A DNA stretch of 64,000 bases. Source: an uncultured Anaerolineales bacterium. GTDB taxonomy: Bacteria; Chloroflexota; Anaerolineae; UBA7937; B3-Chlor. The position numbers and the translations under genes were made by a program. The notes below the pieces were generated by a model. That model ran no database searches. It had not been told where the DNA came from and saw only the letters and a program-made list of their open reading frames with translations. Numbering within the stretch: the stretch's first letter is position 1; every line of letters starts with the position of its first letter. The stretch covers positions 77,568-141,567 of the forward strand of contig CAYSSR010000005.1 of NCBI GenBank assembly GCA_964433755.1. The letters are read 5' to 3'. This document shows positions 38,044 to 48,306 of the stretch, piece by piece.

Positions 38044-38485
38044 AGGCGGAGAACGAGACCTCCCATCGTGGTCTTTTCTCTCGCGGCAGATTATAGGCGA
38101 GGTGACTAGCGAAAGGAAGAGAAACAAGCTGGTAGCGACAGCCGGTGGATTTGCTGTCGCCGCTGGAGGCGTGCACTGCTGCGTCCAGGCCCAAGTTCCG
38201 CCGCGTTGCGTGGAGTGGCTAGCCAGACTGTGTCGTGGCTTCGACACCCGGCAAACCCTTGTTCTAGACGCTGAAAGCCCGTATAATCGACCTGAGTTCT
38301 GACCGAGTAACGACCTCGCCGTCGGCGTAGGCGATGGTGGAGGTTCGGGGCCACGGTGTCCGGAAGAGTACGTCTGGCGCCCGGATCTTGGATCAGCGTG
38401 CACGTTCGCTGGCCTCGAACACGTTGTTCTCCGTGGTTCTCCATCTTGAGCGGTTCCGGTTGGCTCCAGGCCACTGAGGATAGAG

Positions 38486-41101
38486 ATGACTCACCGTTGG
38501 GTTGTTCCCCTCGAAGCAGGTAGCAGCGAAGACCAGTCGCTGCTCGGCGGCAAAGGCGCTGGCCTGACGGGCATGTTGCGCCTCGGCATCCCCACGCTGC
38601 CCGGCTTCGTGATCACCAGAGAGGCATGGAGGGCGCATACCCCTGGATCGAGATCGTTGGCCCCTGATCTCTGGAAGGAGGTCAGGGAGGCCCTGGCCAT
38701 ACTCGAGGAACGGACTGGTAGTGTCCTTGGGTCTGTGACAGACCCTCTCGTGGTGTCGGTTCGGTCCAGCCCCACTGTCTCCATGCCGGGACAACTGAAG
38801 ACAGTTCTGAACGTGGGATTGACTGGCGATGTGGTAGACGATCTCGCCGAGATGTTTGGAGATCCCACCTTGGCCCGCGATGCCTTCGGCCTGCTGGTGC
38901 TGACGTACGGGGAGGCGGTTCACGACGCCACTCTTGGGGGGAGCGGGGAAGCACGACCCTCGCTCGAGGAGCTGCTGGCCGCGTTCGAGAAGCAGACGGG
39001 GGAAGAGTTCCCTCAGGACCCCTACGTGCAGTTGGAGCGGAGCATCGCGGGTGTGTTCGATTCCTGGTTTGCAGAACGCGCGAGGGAGTACCGTGCTGCT
39101 CGGGACATCGCCGACGATGAGGGCACAGCCGTCGTCGTTCAGCAGATGGCCTTTGGCAACCTGGGCCCGGGCTCGGGGAGCGGCGTGGTGTTCACGCGGA
39201 ACCCGGCGACTGGAGAGAAAGAGCTGTACGGCGAGTACCTGCCGGGCAGTCAGGGCGAACGGCTGGTGGGAGGGCACGTAACACCGGGGCGTATCTCCGT
39301 TCTGGCTGCTGAACTCCCTGCCGTCTACACCGAGCTGGAGGGCGTCTGCTCCCGACTGGAGCATCAGTACCGGGACGTGCAAGACGTGGAGTTCACCATT
39401 GAGAGGGGCACGTTGTGGATACTCCAGACCCGCACGGCCGCGCGAACGCCGCTGGCCGCGGTGAGAGCAGCGGTGGAGATGGTCGACGAGGGGCTGATCT
39501 CGCGGCGCGAGGCGTTGCTGCGCGTGGATGCGCGCTCCATCGGACAGGTCTTCGTGCCTGTGTTTGCCCACCCGTCGCCTGAGGGCCTGCTGGCCAAGGG
39601 TATCCAATCGAGCCCGGGCGCGGCCACCGGACAGGTGGTCTTCACCGCCGAAGAGGCCAAACGGTTGGCGGGCATGGGTTCGCCCGTGATTCTGGTCAAG
39701 GAAGAGACGACTGCTGACGACGCGGCGGTGATGTCTGTGGTTGAGGGTATCCTGACGCAGCGAGGAGGCGCCACGTCTCACGCTGCGGTGGTGGCGCGCG
39801 GTCTGGGCAAGCCCTGCGTGGTGGGCTGCCAGCAGATGTCCATCGACGCGTCGGGTGAAGCTGTGGTTCTCGGGGAGAAGCGCATCGCGCAGGGACACGA
39901 CGTGTCCATCGACGGGACGACAGGGAAGGTCTACAGCGGCCGGAGGGAGGTGGTGAGTCCCCGGTTCGGCGAGATAGGAGGACTGGATACCCTCCTGAGT
40001 TGGGCCGACGAGATGGCCCAGGTGCGCGTGCATGCGGATGTGTCCACGGCGGACGAGATCGAGACGGCCCTGGACTTGGGTATCGAGAACATCGGTCTGT
40101 GCCGGACGGAGGGGATGTACTACGACTCCGTCTACTTGCCCCACGTCAGGGTGGCCATGCTGGGCGATTCGCCGGCGGCCCGACAGGCGGCCTTGGAAGA
40201 GCTATGCAGTCTGCACCGGGAGGGGTTCCGAGCCCTTCTCCAGTCCTGCCAGGGCCGGCGTCTGTCGGTGCGCCTGCTCAGCGCACCGCTGGACCACTTC
40301 CTGCCAGACAGGGATAGGCTCCTGACCGAACTCGCGGAGCTGAGGGCGACTCAGAACTGGAGTGAGGAGATCGGTCAGAGGGAGAAGTTGCTGGCCGCGA
40401 TCGATTCGATGCGGCAGTCCCATCCGCAGTTCGGACTGCGTGGTATCCGCCTTTTCGCTGCTTTCCCGGAGCTCCTGGAAGCACAGATGGAGGCTCTGCT
40501 CCACGCTGCCGCGGACGTCCGAGTTGAGGGGTCGTCCGTCGACCTGGACATCCTGATACCCTTCGTATCCCAGGCGGGTGAGGTCACTCGGGCCCTGGAG
40601 GTTCTGGAAGACGTTGGGCACCGGGCGGCGGAAACGGGGAAGGCGTCCATCCCTTACCGGGTGGGCGCGGTGGTCGAAACACCAAGGGCTGCTATCGTGG
40701 CGCATGATCTGGCTTCCCTGGTCGACTTCTTGTGTTTCGATACCGACAGTCTGACTGATGCTGTGATGTGTCTGTCTCGGGAAGACGGCGGAAGGCTGCT
40801 GTCTGAGTACGCGGCGGAGCGTCTCTTGGGCCGCGACCCTTTGACGACCCTCGACGTGGAAGGGGTTGGCTCATTGGTGCGGATGGCTGTGGAGCGAGCG
40901 CGCACCGGCCATCCCGGCATCGAGCTTGGTGCGTATGGGAGCCACTGTCTGGACCCGGCTACGATGTCGCTGTTCGACGAGTGTGGGGTGGACTTCGTGG
41001 CTTGCCATCTTTCCCAACTGCTTGGCGCACGGCTGATGGCAGGCCAGCAAGCTGCCGAGCGGCAGGATGCGCAGGGACCTGCCGTTCTGGGACGAGCGTG
41101 A
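38486..41101 (+). CDS. ppdK: Pyruvate, phosphate dikinase
   Basis: N-terminal GGKGAGL, the phosphohistidine motif GGATSHAAVVARGLGKPCV, a C-terminal PEP-utilizer TIM barrel with a GLCRTE motif, and a length of about 870 aa. Confidence 0.93.
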   Translation: MTHRWVVPLEAGSSEDQSLLGGKGAGLTGMLRLGIPTLPGFVITREAWRAHTPGSRSLAPDLWKEVREALAILEERTGSVLGSVTDPLVVSVRSSPTVSMPGQLKTVLNVGLTGDVVDDLAEMFGDPTLARDAFGLLVLTYGEAVHDATLGGSGEARPSLEELLAAFEKQTGEEFPQDPYVQLERSIAGVFDSWFAERAREYRAARDIADDEGTAVVVQQMAFGNLGPGSGSGVVFTRNPATGEKELYGEYLPGSQGERLVGGHVTPGRISVLAAELPAVYTELEGVCSRLEHQYRDVQDVEFTIERGTLWILQTRTAARTPLAAVRAAVEMVDEGLISRREALLRVDARSIGQVFVPVFAHPSPEGLLAKGIQSSPGAATGQVVFTAEEAKRLAGMGSPVILVKEETTADDAAVMSVVEGILTQRGGATSHAAVVARGLGKPCVVGCQQMSIDASGEAVVLGEKRIAQGHDVSIDGTTGKVYSGRREVVSPRFGEIGGLDTLLSWADEMAQVRVHADVSTADEIETALDLGIENIGLCRTEGMYYDSVYLPHVRVAMLGDSPAARQAALEELCSLHREGFRALLQSCQGRRLSVRLLSAPLDHFLPDRDRLLTELAELRATQNWSEEIGQREKLLAAIDSMRQSHPQFGLRGIRLFAAFPELLEAQMEALLHAAADVRVEGSSVDLDILIPFVSQAGEVTRALEVLEDVGHRAAETGKASIPYRVGAVVETPRAAIVAHDLASLVDFLCFDTDSLTDAVMCLSREDGGRLLSEYAAERLLGRDPLTTLDVEGVGSLVRMAVERARTGHPGIELGAYGSHCLDPATMSLFDECGVDFVACHLSQLLGARLMAGQQAAERQDAQGPAVLGRA

Positions 41102-41688
41102 TGCGCAAGGGGTTGATCTTCCTGGTGGTCGCGCCATCGGGCGCAGGCAAGAGCACGATCATAGACCGTGTGATCTCCACGCTCTCCAACCTGGAGAGGA
41201 TCGTCACCTACACCACTCGTGAGCGGCGTCCGGGCGAGGTGGAGGGCCTGGAGTATCACTTTGTGACCACCGAGGAGTTTGAGCGCCTGAAGGCAGATGG
41301 CGATCTAGCAGAGTGGCAGGCCTTCTACGGTCACCAGTATGGCTCTTCGCGGAAGCGGCTGGAGCACGCCATCGCGCGGGGACTGGATCTCATCGCCGCA
41401 TACGACGTGCTGGGCGCGCTGCATCTGATGGAGCGGTATCCTGACAACACCGTGACCATCTTCGTGCTGCCGCCCTCCGTGGAGGAGCTGCGTCGTCGAC
41501 TCGTCGAGAGGTATGGCGAGGAGACGGAGGAGGGCAAGATCCGGTTGGAGCGCTTGAGGATGGAGATGAGCCACGCCTATGCCTTCAAGTACGTGGTCAG
41601 GAACGTACGTGTGGAGGAGGCGGCAAGCGACGTCGCTGGTATCGTACGTGCGGAACGATGCCTGACGGCCCGTCTAGCTCCGATCTGA
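41101..41688 (+). CDS. gmk: Guanylate kinase
   Basis: The start overlaps the ppdK stop (TGATG). P-loop APSGAGKST and a TTRERRPGEVEG.EYHFV motif. Confidence 0.9.
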   Translation: MRKGLIFLVVAPSGAGKSTIIDRVISTLSNLERIVTYTTRERRPGEVEGLEYHFVTTEEFERLKADGDLAEWQAFYGHQYGSSRKRLEHAIARGLDLIAAYDVLGALHLMERYPDNTVTIFVLPPSVEELRRRLVERYGEETEEGKIRLERLRMEMSHAYAFKYVVRNVRVEEAASDVAGIVRAERCLTARLAPI

Positions 41689-41807
41689 ACGGTGCTCGGG
41701 CAACAGGGGAGTATGTGCGGGGTCTGGGAGACGATTGGTGTGGTCCCAGGGGGATACACGATGGGTGCACGGACCGATGATGCGGGCAGAGAGAAGAGGG
41801 GTCAGTA

Positions 41808-42974
41808 GTGGCTGACGGTGTGTATGAGTTCGGCGTGCACATGGCCGAGGTTGCGCGACAGGTGGGGTCGGGCCCGGCGCCGGCCAAGGTGCAGAGATAC
41901 GTCCGCATGCACGAGGCCGGTCTGCCCCTGGATATCACCGTGAGATGGTACCCTGCCACCTCAGTGGAGGCTATGGAGGCCCGGGTACGAGAACTCACCG
42001 GGCAGGGCCGCCAGGTGTGGATCTCTCAGGGCCTGCCGCCGAGCGACTCTGTGGAGGATCTGTTGGCCAGTGTGGAGCGGAAGACCGAGCTGCTCCAGGG
42101 TATCAACAGTCTGGAGGACTTCCGTCGCTCCGCGCTGCCTCGCGTACGAGGGTGGACGCAGGGGTCCTGGGCCAAGTTGTATTACGACACGCCGGTACGG
42201 GCTTTGACCGGAGGCGCCATCGGCTTTGACACCAATCGACACGACGCCGTGACGCGGTCCGACTCCCGCATGGTGCGTTTCGAGGCGGCGTCGGGCATAT
42301 CGAACGTCCGAGATCTCCACCGTCAGATGTCTGCGCGAACGGTGGTGGTGGCATACTGTGAGGCAGACGTGTACGAGGGCGTCGAGTCCGCGCTCGACTC
42401 CATCGATTGCTCCGTGCAAGGAGTGGTAGTAGATAGCGACGTGGCCGCCTACGTCCAGCGCATGGGCCCGGCTGAACCTCGCGTGGTGGTCATCGACTGC
42501 ACGGAATCGTTGTCGGACGGATTGGCGGTGCTGGACGGCCTCAAGAGCTCCGAAAGCACGGCGATCCTGCCGGTGATACTGATCGTGGGGGATGGCGATG
42601 TGCACCGGTCCGATCTTCTCGGGCGGGTCGGTGCGATCATCAGCTACCCCCTGTCGCCGCCGGAGTTGAGGACGAGCGTGTTGAAGACCGGGTTTCGGCT
42701 GGTGGGCGACGCCTTTGCCCTTAGACTCAGCTACGAGGATGGGGCTTCGCGGCGCGAGGTGGAGCGGCTCGTGAGGACGGTGATGGGCTTCGATGGGATC
42801 TACCGCCGCATGATGGCCCGCGTGGCCAATCTGGAAGCGCGACCCACCATCGCGTTCGAATTCAAGCTGGTTCCTCTGGCTCCGTACGAGTTTTTCTTCA
42901 TCGACTACGAGTGGTCGGGCCCCAAGCACGAGTTGCACCGGTTCGACTGGGTCAACTCCTTGCACGTGGGCTGA
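41808..42974 (+). CDS. Hypothetical protein with a degenerate receiver (REC)-like domain
   Basis: Protein-like composition. Residues around VVVIDC ... DGLAVLDGLK ... LPVILIVGDGD ... GAIISYPLSPPEL follow the beta3-to-alpha5 pattern of CheY-like receivers, but the N-terminal acidic pocket is altered (VVVAYCEAD). Confidence 0.55.
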   Translation: MADGVYEFGVHMAEVARQVGSGPAPAKVQRYVRMHEAGLPLDITVRWYPATSVEAMEARVRELTGQGRQVWISQGLPPSDSVEDLLASVERKTELLQGINSLEDFRRSALPRVRGWTQGSWAKLYYDTPVRALTGGAIGFDTNRHDAVTRSDSRMVRFEAASGISNVRDLHRQMSARTVVVAYCEADVYEGVESALDSIDCSVQGVVVDSDVAAYVQRMGPAEPRVVVIDCTESLSDGLAVLDGLKSSESTAILPVILIVGDGDVHRSDLLGRVGAIISYPLSPPELRTSVLKTGFRLVGDAFALRLSYEDGASRREVERLVRTVMGFDGIYRRMMARVANLEARPTIAFEFKLVPLAPYEFFFIDYEWSGPKHELHRFDWVNSLHVG

Positions 42975-43333
42975 GATAGCGGCCCTGCGGGGCGCTCGTC
43001 TCCGGCCTGCTCACTGGTCGGCCTGGCCCCGCCCCCCAGCAGGTTCGAGATGCCCCCGAGGACAGCCGCAGTCAACCCGGCATTGGATCTGGGTGCAAGC
43101 GGCCCTGGGATGGTGAACACGGTACGTCAACGGAAAGAGGCCGCATCGTCTTCTCCAGGCAACGGGTTGGCGTGGTAGTGGCGGGATCCCAGGAGTTGTA
43201 GGGGCATTTGCACTCCCGTGAAGAGTCAGTGAGAATGATAGTGGAGAATGATCGTTCGCTTCACCGTCGACCGGACTGGCTGTCATGGGGCCAGGGTCTG
43301 AGATGTGAGGCGTGCGCTCCTTCCAGTGAGTAG

Positions 43334-44614
43334 GTGATGTCCAAGATGAGTGATGGTTCTGGCAAGACCTCCGAGACCTCCATGCTGTCCGACCCTCTGG
43401 AGGAGGGAGGAAAGACTCTGCCGCCTGACATCCTCAACACGATGAGGAGCCGCTACCCCCAGGTGGAGGTGCCGGGCAGCGTGCTCTCCTTTCTGAAAGA
43501 GCAACAAGCCAATGGGCACCGCATACGCCGGGGAGACACGGGGGAGCTGCTCCGAGATTTCCTGGTGCGCATAGGAGTGCACAAGGACATCGTATCGAGA
43601 TTCCTGGATGACGACTCGAGGCTGGTGTCGAGGCTGAGCTACCCGCTGTTGCTGCGGAAGCCCCTGGAGGAGCTGCGCTCTACGCTGGAGGAGCATTTCG
43701 ACGTGCTGTTCGTTCTGCAACAGGCAGTCCTCGACAGCGAGCTCCTCACCGGCTTCAACCGTCACGATCGGGAGCACTTGAAGACCGTGAGTTCCAGGAT
43801 GCTGGGCTTGTTGCGAGCCAGCAAGGTGGATCTTGAGCCGGATTCCGTCAGAGAGAAGGAAGCCACCATCGCCGGGTATCTGCACGACTGCGGCAATATC
43901 GTCGCGCGCAAGTACCACGGAGCCTATGGGGTTTATCTTCTGACTCGTTTCTTCTCCGAGGTGGGCTGGGATCAGGAGACGCTCTCCAGCTTCCTACGGG
44001 TTCTGGAGGCCGTGCTCTTCCACGAAGTGGAGATAGGACTGCGCCTCCCGTCCCTCTCGTCTCTCCAGCCGGTGACCCTCAGCTTGATCATCGCCGACAA
44101 GACCGACGTGGGCGCCCGGCGGGTGAGCACGAAGTCCAACCTGCCGGAGGCTATTCGCGATGCTCATACGCTGGTCAATCTCTTGACGGTGGATTCACAC
44201 ACCGGCTGCCAAGACAGCGATTTCATGTGGGAGCTGCACTTCAGCCCGCGGGCAGAGACCAACGACGTGGCTCGGTTCTCTCATCTGCTCAAGGAGAGGG
44301 AGCGGGTGTGGGTGCCCCAAGCCTGGCAGCGACTGTACCGCGAATACAACGTGGAGTACCTCTTCGTCTTCCACGCGACGTTCATGCAGCTCTATCTGTC
44401 GCGCTTGCTCTACACCATCCGGGCGGTCTTCGCGCTATTCCCTGACGTGGAAGGGTTCCGCTTGGTCATAGACGACAGGGAGCGGGGGATCAGCCTGAGC
44501 AGGCTCTTCGGTCGGGAGGATTACGAAGAGAAGATCGGCTTGATCGGGAAGAACCTGTTCAAGCAGAACTGGGAAGAGACGTACCTCTATCGTGCCCTCG
44601 TCAGCACCTCGTAG
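43334..44614 (+). CDS. HD-domain-like protein (putative metal-dependent phosphohydrolase)
   Basis: Spaced H ... HD ... H ... D pattern (DREHLKTV, GYLHDCGN, LFHEVE, IIADKTD). No closer family recognised. Confidence 0.55.
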   Translation: MMSKMSDGSGKTSETSMLSDPLEEGGKTLPPDILNTMRSRYPQVEVPGSVLSFLKEQQANGHRIRRGDTGELLRDFLVRIGVHKDIVSRFLDDDSRLVSRLSYPLLLRKPLEELRSTLEEHFDVLFVLQQAVLDSELLTGFNRHDREHLKTVSSRMLGLLRASKVDLEPDSVREKEATIAGYLHDCGNIVARKYHGAYGVYLLTRFFSEVGWDQETLSSFLRVLEAVLFHEVEIGLRLPSLSSLQPVTLSLIIADKTDVGARRVSTKSNLPEAIRDAHTLVNLLTVDSHTGCQDSDFMWELHFSPRAETNDVARFSHLLKERERVWVPQAWQRLYREYNVEYLFVFHATFMQLYLSRLLYTIRAVFALFPDVEGFRLVIDDRERGISLSRLFGREDYEEKIGLIGKNLFKQNWEETYLYRALVSTS

Positions 44615-44671
44615 ACAGGCTGGACGACGATTCTCTGTCGAGGTGTGTGCGAAAAGGGACTGTGCTACTGG

Positions 44672-45613
44672 TCACCGGCCTTGACGATGCGCGATGCCCC
44701 GTAGCTGGTCGAGGGTAGAGTAGCCCTCCTGGACCATGAAGGCCATCATCTCGTCCAGGATGGCGCCAAATACCTCCACGCCGTGGTAGCGCACGGCCGA
44801 CCCAACTCCAACGGCCGTGGCTCCAGCCATGACCATCTCCAGGGCATCTCGGCCGTCACAGACCCCACCTATCCCGATGATGGGTATCTCCACAGCCGCG
44901 TACACGTCGTAGACACAGCGTACGGCAACCGGCCGTATGGCAGGCCCGGATACTCCTCCGACCTTGTTGGCCAGGATCGGCTGCCCCGAGTGTACGTCGA
45001 TGATCATGCCCGGACCAAGAGTGTTGATGGCCGCGATAGCGTCAGCACCCGCTCGCTCCACCGCCCTGGCGATGGCCTCTATGTCGGTGACGTTGGGGCT
45101 GAGCTTGACGATGAGGGGGATGGAGGTCACTTCTTTGACGGCTGCGGTCACCAGCGCCGCGTCGCCGGCATCGCAGGCAAAGGGCCGGCCCATCTCCGCG
45201 GCCACGTTGGGACAGGAGATGTTCAGCTCGATGAAGTCCGGCTTCGCCTGACTGACGATGCTCGCCACCTCGGCGAAGCCCGCGACCGTGTCTGCGAAGA
45301 TGCTGGCTGCGAGGGGGACGTGTTGGGGCTCGAGCATCTCCCTGGCGCTGGCGATGATCTCCAGTTCCTGTTCGACTCCCGAGTTCGCCAGTCCGACGGC
45401 GTTGATCAGCCCGTGACCCCAGTCCAGCACCGTCGGGTTTGGGTGTCCCTCTCTGGGGGCGGGGCCGCAGGACTTGGTGGTCACCATGCCAGCCCCGCAA
45501 TCGGCGACACGCTTCAGAAGCTGGGGGCCGGTGCCGAGGATGCCAGCGGCCAGGACGAGAGGGTTCCTCAGCCGTATTCCGCACAGCTCCACAGACAGGT
45601 CCGGATCAGGCAT
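44672..45613 (-). CDS. pyrD: Dihydroorotate dehydrogenase, catalytic subunit (class 1B type)
   Basis: N-terminal LRNPLVLAAG, NISCPN with the catalytic Cys, and GGV.GPAIRPVA and IGIGGV FMN-binding motifs. Confidence 0.92.
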   Translation of the reverse strand: MPDPDLSVELCGIRLRNPLVLAAGILGTGPQLLKRVADCGAGMVTTKSCGPAPREGHPNPTVLDWGHGLINAVGLANSGVEQELEIIASAREMLEPQHVPLAASIFADTVAGFAEVASIVSQAKPDFIELNISCPNVAAEMGRPFACDAGDAALVTAAVKEVTSIPLIVKLSPNVTDIEAIARAVERAGADAIAAINTLGPGMIIDVHSGQPILANKVGGVSGPAIRPVAVRCVYDVYAAVEIPIIGIGGVCDGRDALEMVMAGATAVGVGSAVRYHGVEVFGAILDEMMAFMVQEGYSTLDQLRGIAHRQGR

Positions 45614-47018
45614 CGGCCTTGCCTCCGGCCAGGAAGCTGAGGACTTCTTCTCGCTGCGCAGGGGCTATCCGCCCGTGCTCGACGAGGATGCCTAGCATCT
45701 CCGTCAGGCGAAGGACCGAGTGGAGGGTGTATCCCATCTCGGCCAGCTCTTCCGCTCCTCCTTGCTCCCGGTCCACGAGTACGACCACGTCTTTCACCTC
45801 CAGCCCAGCCTCCTCCAGGGGAGCGATGGCCCTCAGCTTGCTGCCGCCGGTGGTGATCAGATCGTCCAGGACGACCACGCGCTCGCCTTGCTCGAAGTGG
45901 CCCTCGATGCCTTTCCCCGTGCCGTGCTCCTTGATCTCCTTGCGAGGGTAGACGAGAGGCAGCTCCATCTCCAGTGACACCGCCGTGCCGATGGGCAGGG
46001 CGGCGTAAGGAATGGCGGCCAGCCGGTCGAAGGTGAGGTCCTTTAGGATGCTGGCGTAAGCTCGTGCCACCTTGCGCAGGAGCTGGGGGTTGGAGACCAG
46101 CAGGCGCAGATCCAGGTAGACAGGAGAACGCTGGCCGGAGACGAGGGTGAACTCCCCAAAGCGTAGACAGGCGAGATCGTGGAGGGCGAGAGTCAGTTCC
46201 TTCGTGAGGGGCGGCAGACTCGCCGGGCGCGCGAGGGGAAGGTTCTTCCGCGACTGGTTGATGCGATCGCGGAGTTGTAGGGCGGCGGCGCGTGGATCGG
46301 GTGCGTAGATGATGCTGCGCGAAGCGTTGATGACCAGACCATGCCCCTCGGAGTCCAAGCCGGCCTGGAGCGCTGCCTCCAGATCGCCCCCCTGAGCCCC
46401 GACTCCGGGTACCAGGATCCAGGCCTCGGGGGCCGCGTCTCTTATCTCGCGGAGAACCTCGGGGTAGGTGGCGCCGACGACGAGGGCCATGCCCCACTCC
46501 AGGGCCCTCTCAGCCACCACCTCGTACAGAGGTCGTCCGTCGCAGATCAGGGTCTGAAAGTCCGTAGCTCCAGGGTTGGAGGTGTGACAGAGCAGGAATA
46601 GCCCCTTGTCCTCGTACTCGGTGAAGGGCAAGAGAGCGTCGTGTCCCAGGTACGGGTTCACTGTGATGGCGTCTGCGCCCCACACGTTGAAGGCGGCCCG
46701 GGCGTAGGCACGAGCAGTGGACCCGATGTCGCCTCTTTTCGCATCGAGGATGACGGGTATCCCGGCCGGGACGTACTCTATCGTTCTTCTCAAGGCCTCG
46801 AGACCCGCCACGCCCTCTGCCTCGTAGAAGGCGGTATTGGGTTTGTAGGCGCAGACCAGATCCTGGGTAGCGTCGATGATGGCGCGGTTGAAGGAGAGGA
46901 TGGGACTCTCTTCGTCTTTCAGAGATGGGGAAAAGCGAGCGGGGTCGGGGTCCAGTCCCACGCAGAGAAGGCTGTCGTTTCCCTTCACCGCCGAGGTGAG
47001 CTTGTCGAAGAAGCCCAT
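45606..47018 (-). CDS. pyrFE: Bifunctional OMP decarboxylase (N-terminal, type 2) / orotate phosphoribosyltransferase (C-terminal)
   Basis: N-terminal LCVGLDPDP and DAKRGDIGST (PyrF type 2). C-terminal LVSGQRSPVYLDLR and the PRPP loop VVVLDDLITTGGS (PyrE). ATG at 47018 after AAGGAG. An 8 nt overlap with pyrD. Confidence 0.88.
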   Translation of the reverse strand: MGFFDKLTSAVKGNDSLLCVGLDPDPARFSPSLKDEESPILSFNRAIIDATQDLVCAYKPNTAFYEAEGVAGLEALRRTIEYVPAGIPVILDAKRGDIGSTARAYARAAFNVWGADAITVNPYLGHDALLPFTEYEDKGLFLLCHTSNPGATDFQTLICDGRPLYEVVAERALEWGMALVVGATYPEVLREIRDAAPEAWILVPGVGAQGGDLEAALQAGLDSEGHGLVINASRSIIYAPDPRAAALQLRDRINQSRKNLPLARPASLPPLTKELTLALHDLACLRFGEFTLVSGQRSPVYLDLRLLVSNPQLLRKVARAYASILKDLTFDRLAAIPYAALPIGTAVSLEMELPLVYPRKEIKEHGTGKGIEGHFEQGERVVVLDDLITTGGSKLRAIAPLEEAGLEVKDVVVLVDREQGGAEELAEMGYTLHSVLRLTEMLGILVEHGRIAPAQREEVLSFLAGGKADA

Positions 47019-47070
47019 GTTCCCGTGCTGCTCCTTTCGAATCCTTTGCCCACTGAGTCGCCGCAAGGGT

Positions 47071-48072
47071 CTACGCCTTGCCCAGGACGGCGGCCAGCAA
47101 CGCCATGCGGATGTACATGCCGTTCTCCATCTGCCGGAAGTAGGCTGCCCTCGGATCGGAGTCCACGTGGTAGCTTATCTCTCCCACACGAGGCAGGGGG
47201 TGCATAACCACCATCTCCTCCTTGGCCTGTTCCATCAACTCCGGCGTGATCGTGTAGAGATCCTTGACTTCCTCATATTGCGCCAGATCGGCGAAGCGCT
47301 CCTTTTGTACTCTCGTCACGTAGAGCACGTCTACGTCGGAGATGACGTCGGCCACGTCGTACGTCTCTGCGGCGGGCAACTCGTGATCCCTGATGTCGTT
47401 CATGACGTCCAGGGGCAGTCGCAGGATCTCGGGGGAGACGAAGTTGAACCGCACGTCGTACAGGCAGAGCAACCTGGCTAGCGAATGGACGGTGCGGCCG
47501 TTTCTCAAGTCACCGACCATCCCCACGTTGAGTCCGTCGATGTAGCCCAACTCTTCCTTGATCGTGAAGATGTCGAGCAGAGCCTGCGTGGGGTGCTCGC
47601 CGACCCCGTCTCCACCGTTGATGATAGGCTTGCGGGCGTAGTCGGCCGCGATCTTGGCGGAGCCCATCTCGGGGTGTCGGATGACGATGACGTCAGCGTA
47701 GGACTCCAGAGTCCGAATGGTGTCCGGCAGCGATTCGCCTTTGGATACGCTGGAGAACTGTACACCCTGAGTGATGGGGATGACCGTTCCGCCCAATCGA
47801 GACATGGCGGCGATGAAGGACGAACTGGTACGCGTGCTGGGCTCGAAGAACAGGCAGGCCAGCACAGACCCCTTCAGGAGGTCCGTCGACCCCCGGCTCT
47901 TGACGACGGCCCGCATCTCCTCGGCGACCGCGAAGATGTGCTCTAGATTCTCGCGGCTGAACTGGGAGACGGAGATGATATCTTGTCCGGTGAAGCCCTG
48001 TTCGAGCTTGGGGACTGCGTACGCTTTCTTCCTGGCGTTGTTCAGAGTGGTGTTCTTGTTGTTAGTGGTCAT
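47071..48072 (-). CDS. pyrB: Aspartate carbamoyltransferase catalytic subunit
   Basis: Motifs [16 protein letters not shown] and HPLPR. AAAGGAG RBS. Confidence 0.93.
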   Translation of the reverse strand: MTTNNKNTTLNNARKKAYAVPKLEQGFTGQDIISVSQFSRENLEHIFAVAEEMRAVVKSRGSTDLLKGSVLACLFFEPSTRTSSSFIAAMSRLGGTVIPITQGVQFSSVSKGESLPDTIRTLESYADVIVIRHPEMGSAKIAADYARKPIINGGDGVGEHPTQALLDIFTIKEELGYIDGLNVGMVGDLRNGRTVHSLARLLCLYDVRFNFVSPEILRLPLDVMNDIRDHELPAAETYDVADVISDVDVLYVTRVQKERFADLAQYEEVKDLYTITPELMEQAKEEMVVMHPLPRVGEISYHVDSDPRAAYFRQMENGMYIRMALLAAVLGKA

Positions 48073-48204
48073 ACTCGCTCCTTTCTCATGACAAACTTCT
48101 CAGTAGTCAACGTGCGGCGAAGATCACGCGAGATGGAACCATGACTGCGAAGCCTGCGCGGGGGGAGCGCTGAGCGGCGCCAACCCCGGCAACGTGGAGC
48201 GGTA

Positions 48205-48235
48205 CACAAAAACAGGACTCCCATCGGGAGTCCTG
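48205..48235 (-). terminator. Intrinsic terminator / candidate attenuator in the pyrB leader
   Basis: On the minus strand: a perfect 10 bp stem caggacuccc / gggaguccug followed by UUUUUGUGU. It lies about 65-95 nt downstream of the predicted TSS and about 130 nt upstream of the pyrB ATG. Confidence 0.7.
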
Positions 48236-48306
48236 TCGCTGAGCATCACCATGCTTCCACCATGTTGGTCTCTGTGCCGGGCCATTTCTCGTATTCCTAA
48301 CCTTCT

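Noticed and set aside
38393-40144. 583 aa minus-strand ORF
   Set aside because: It is antisense to ppdK, whose plus-strand product carries unambiguous PPDK motifs. The composition is Arg/His/Gly/Leu-rich and there are no motifs.
45568-46497. 309 aa alternative-frame ORF inside pyrFE
   Set aside because: It is on the same strand but out of frame with the ORF carrying the PyrF and PyrE motifs. The product is Arg/Gly/Pro-rich.
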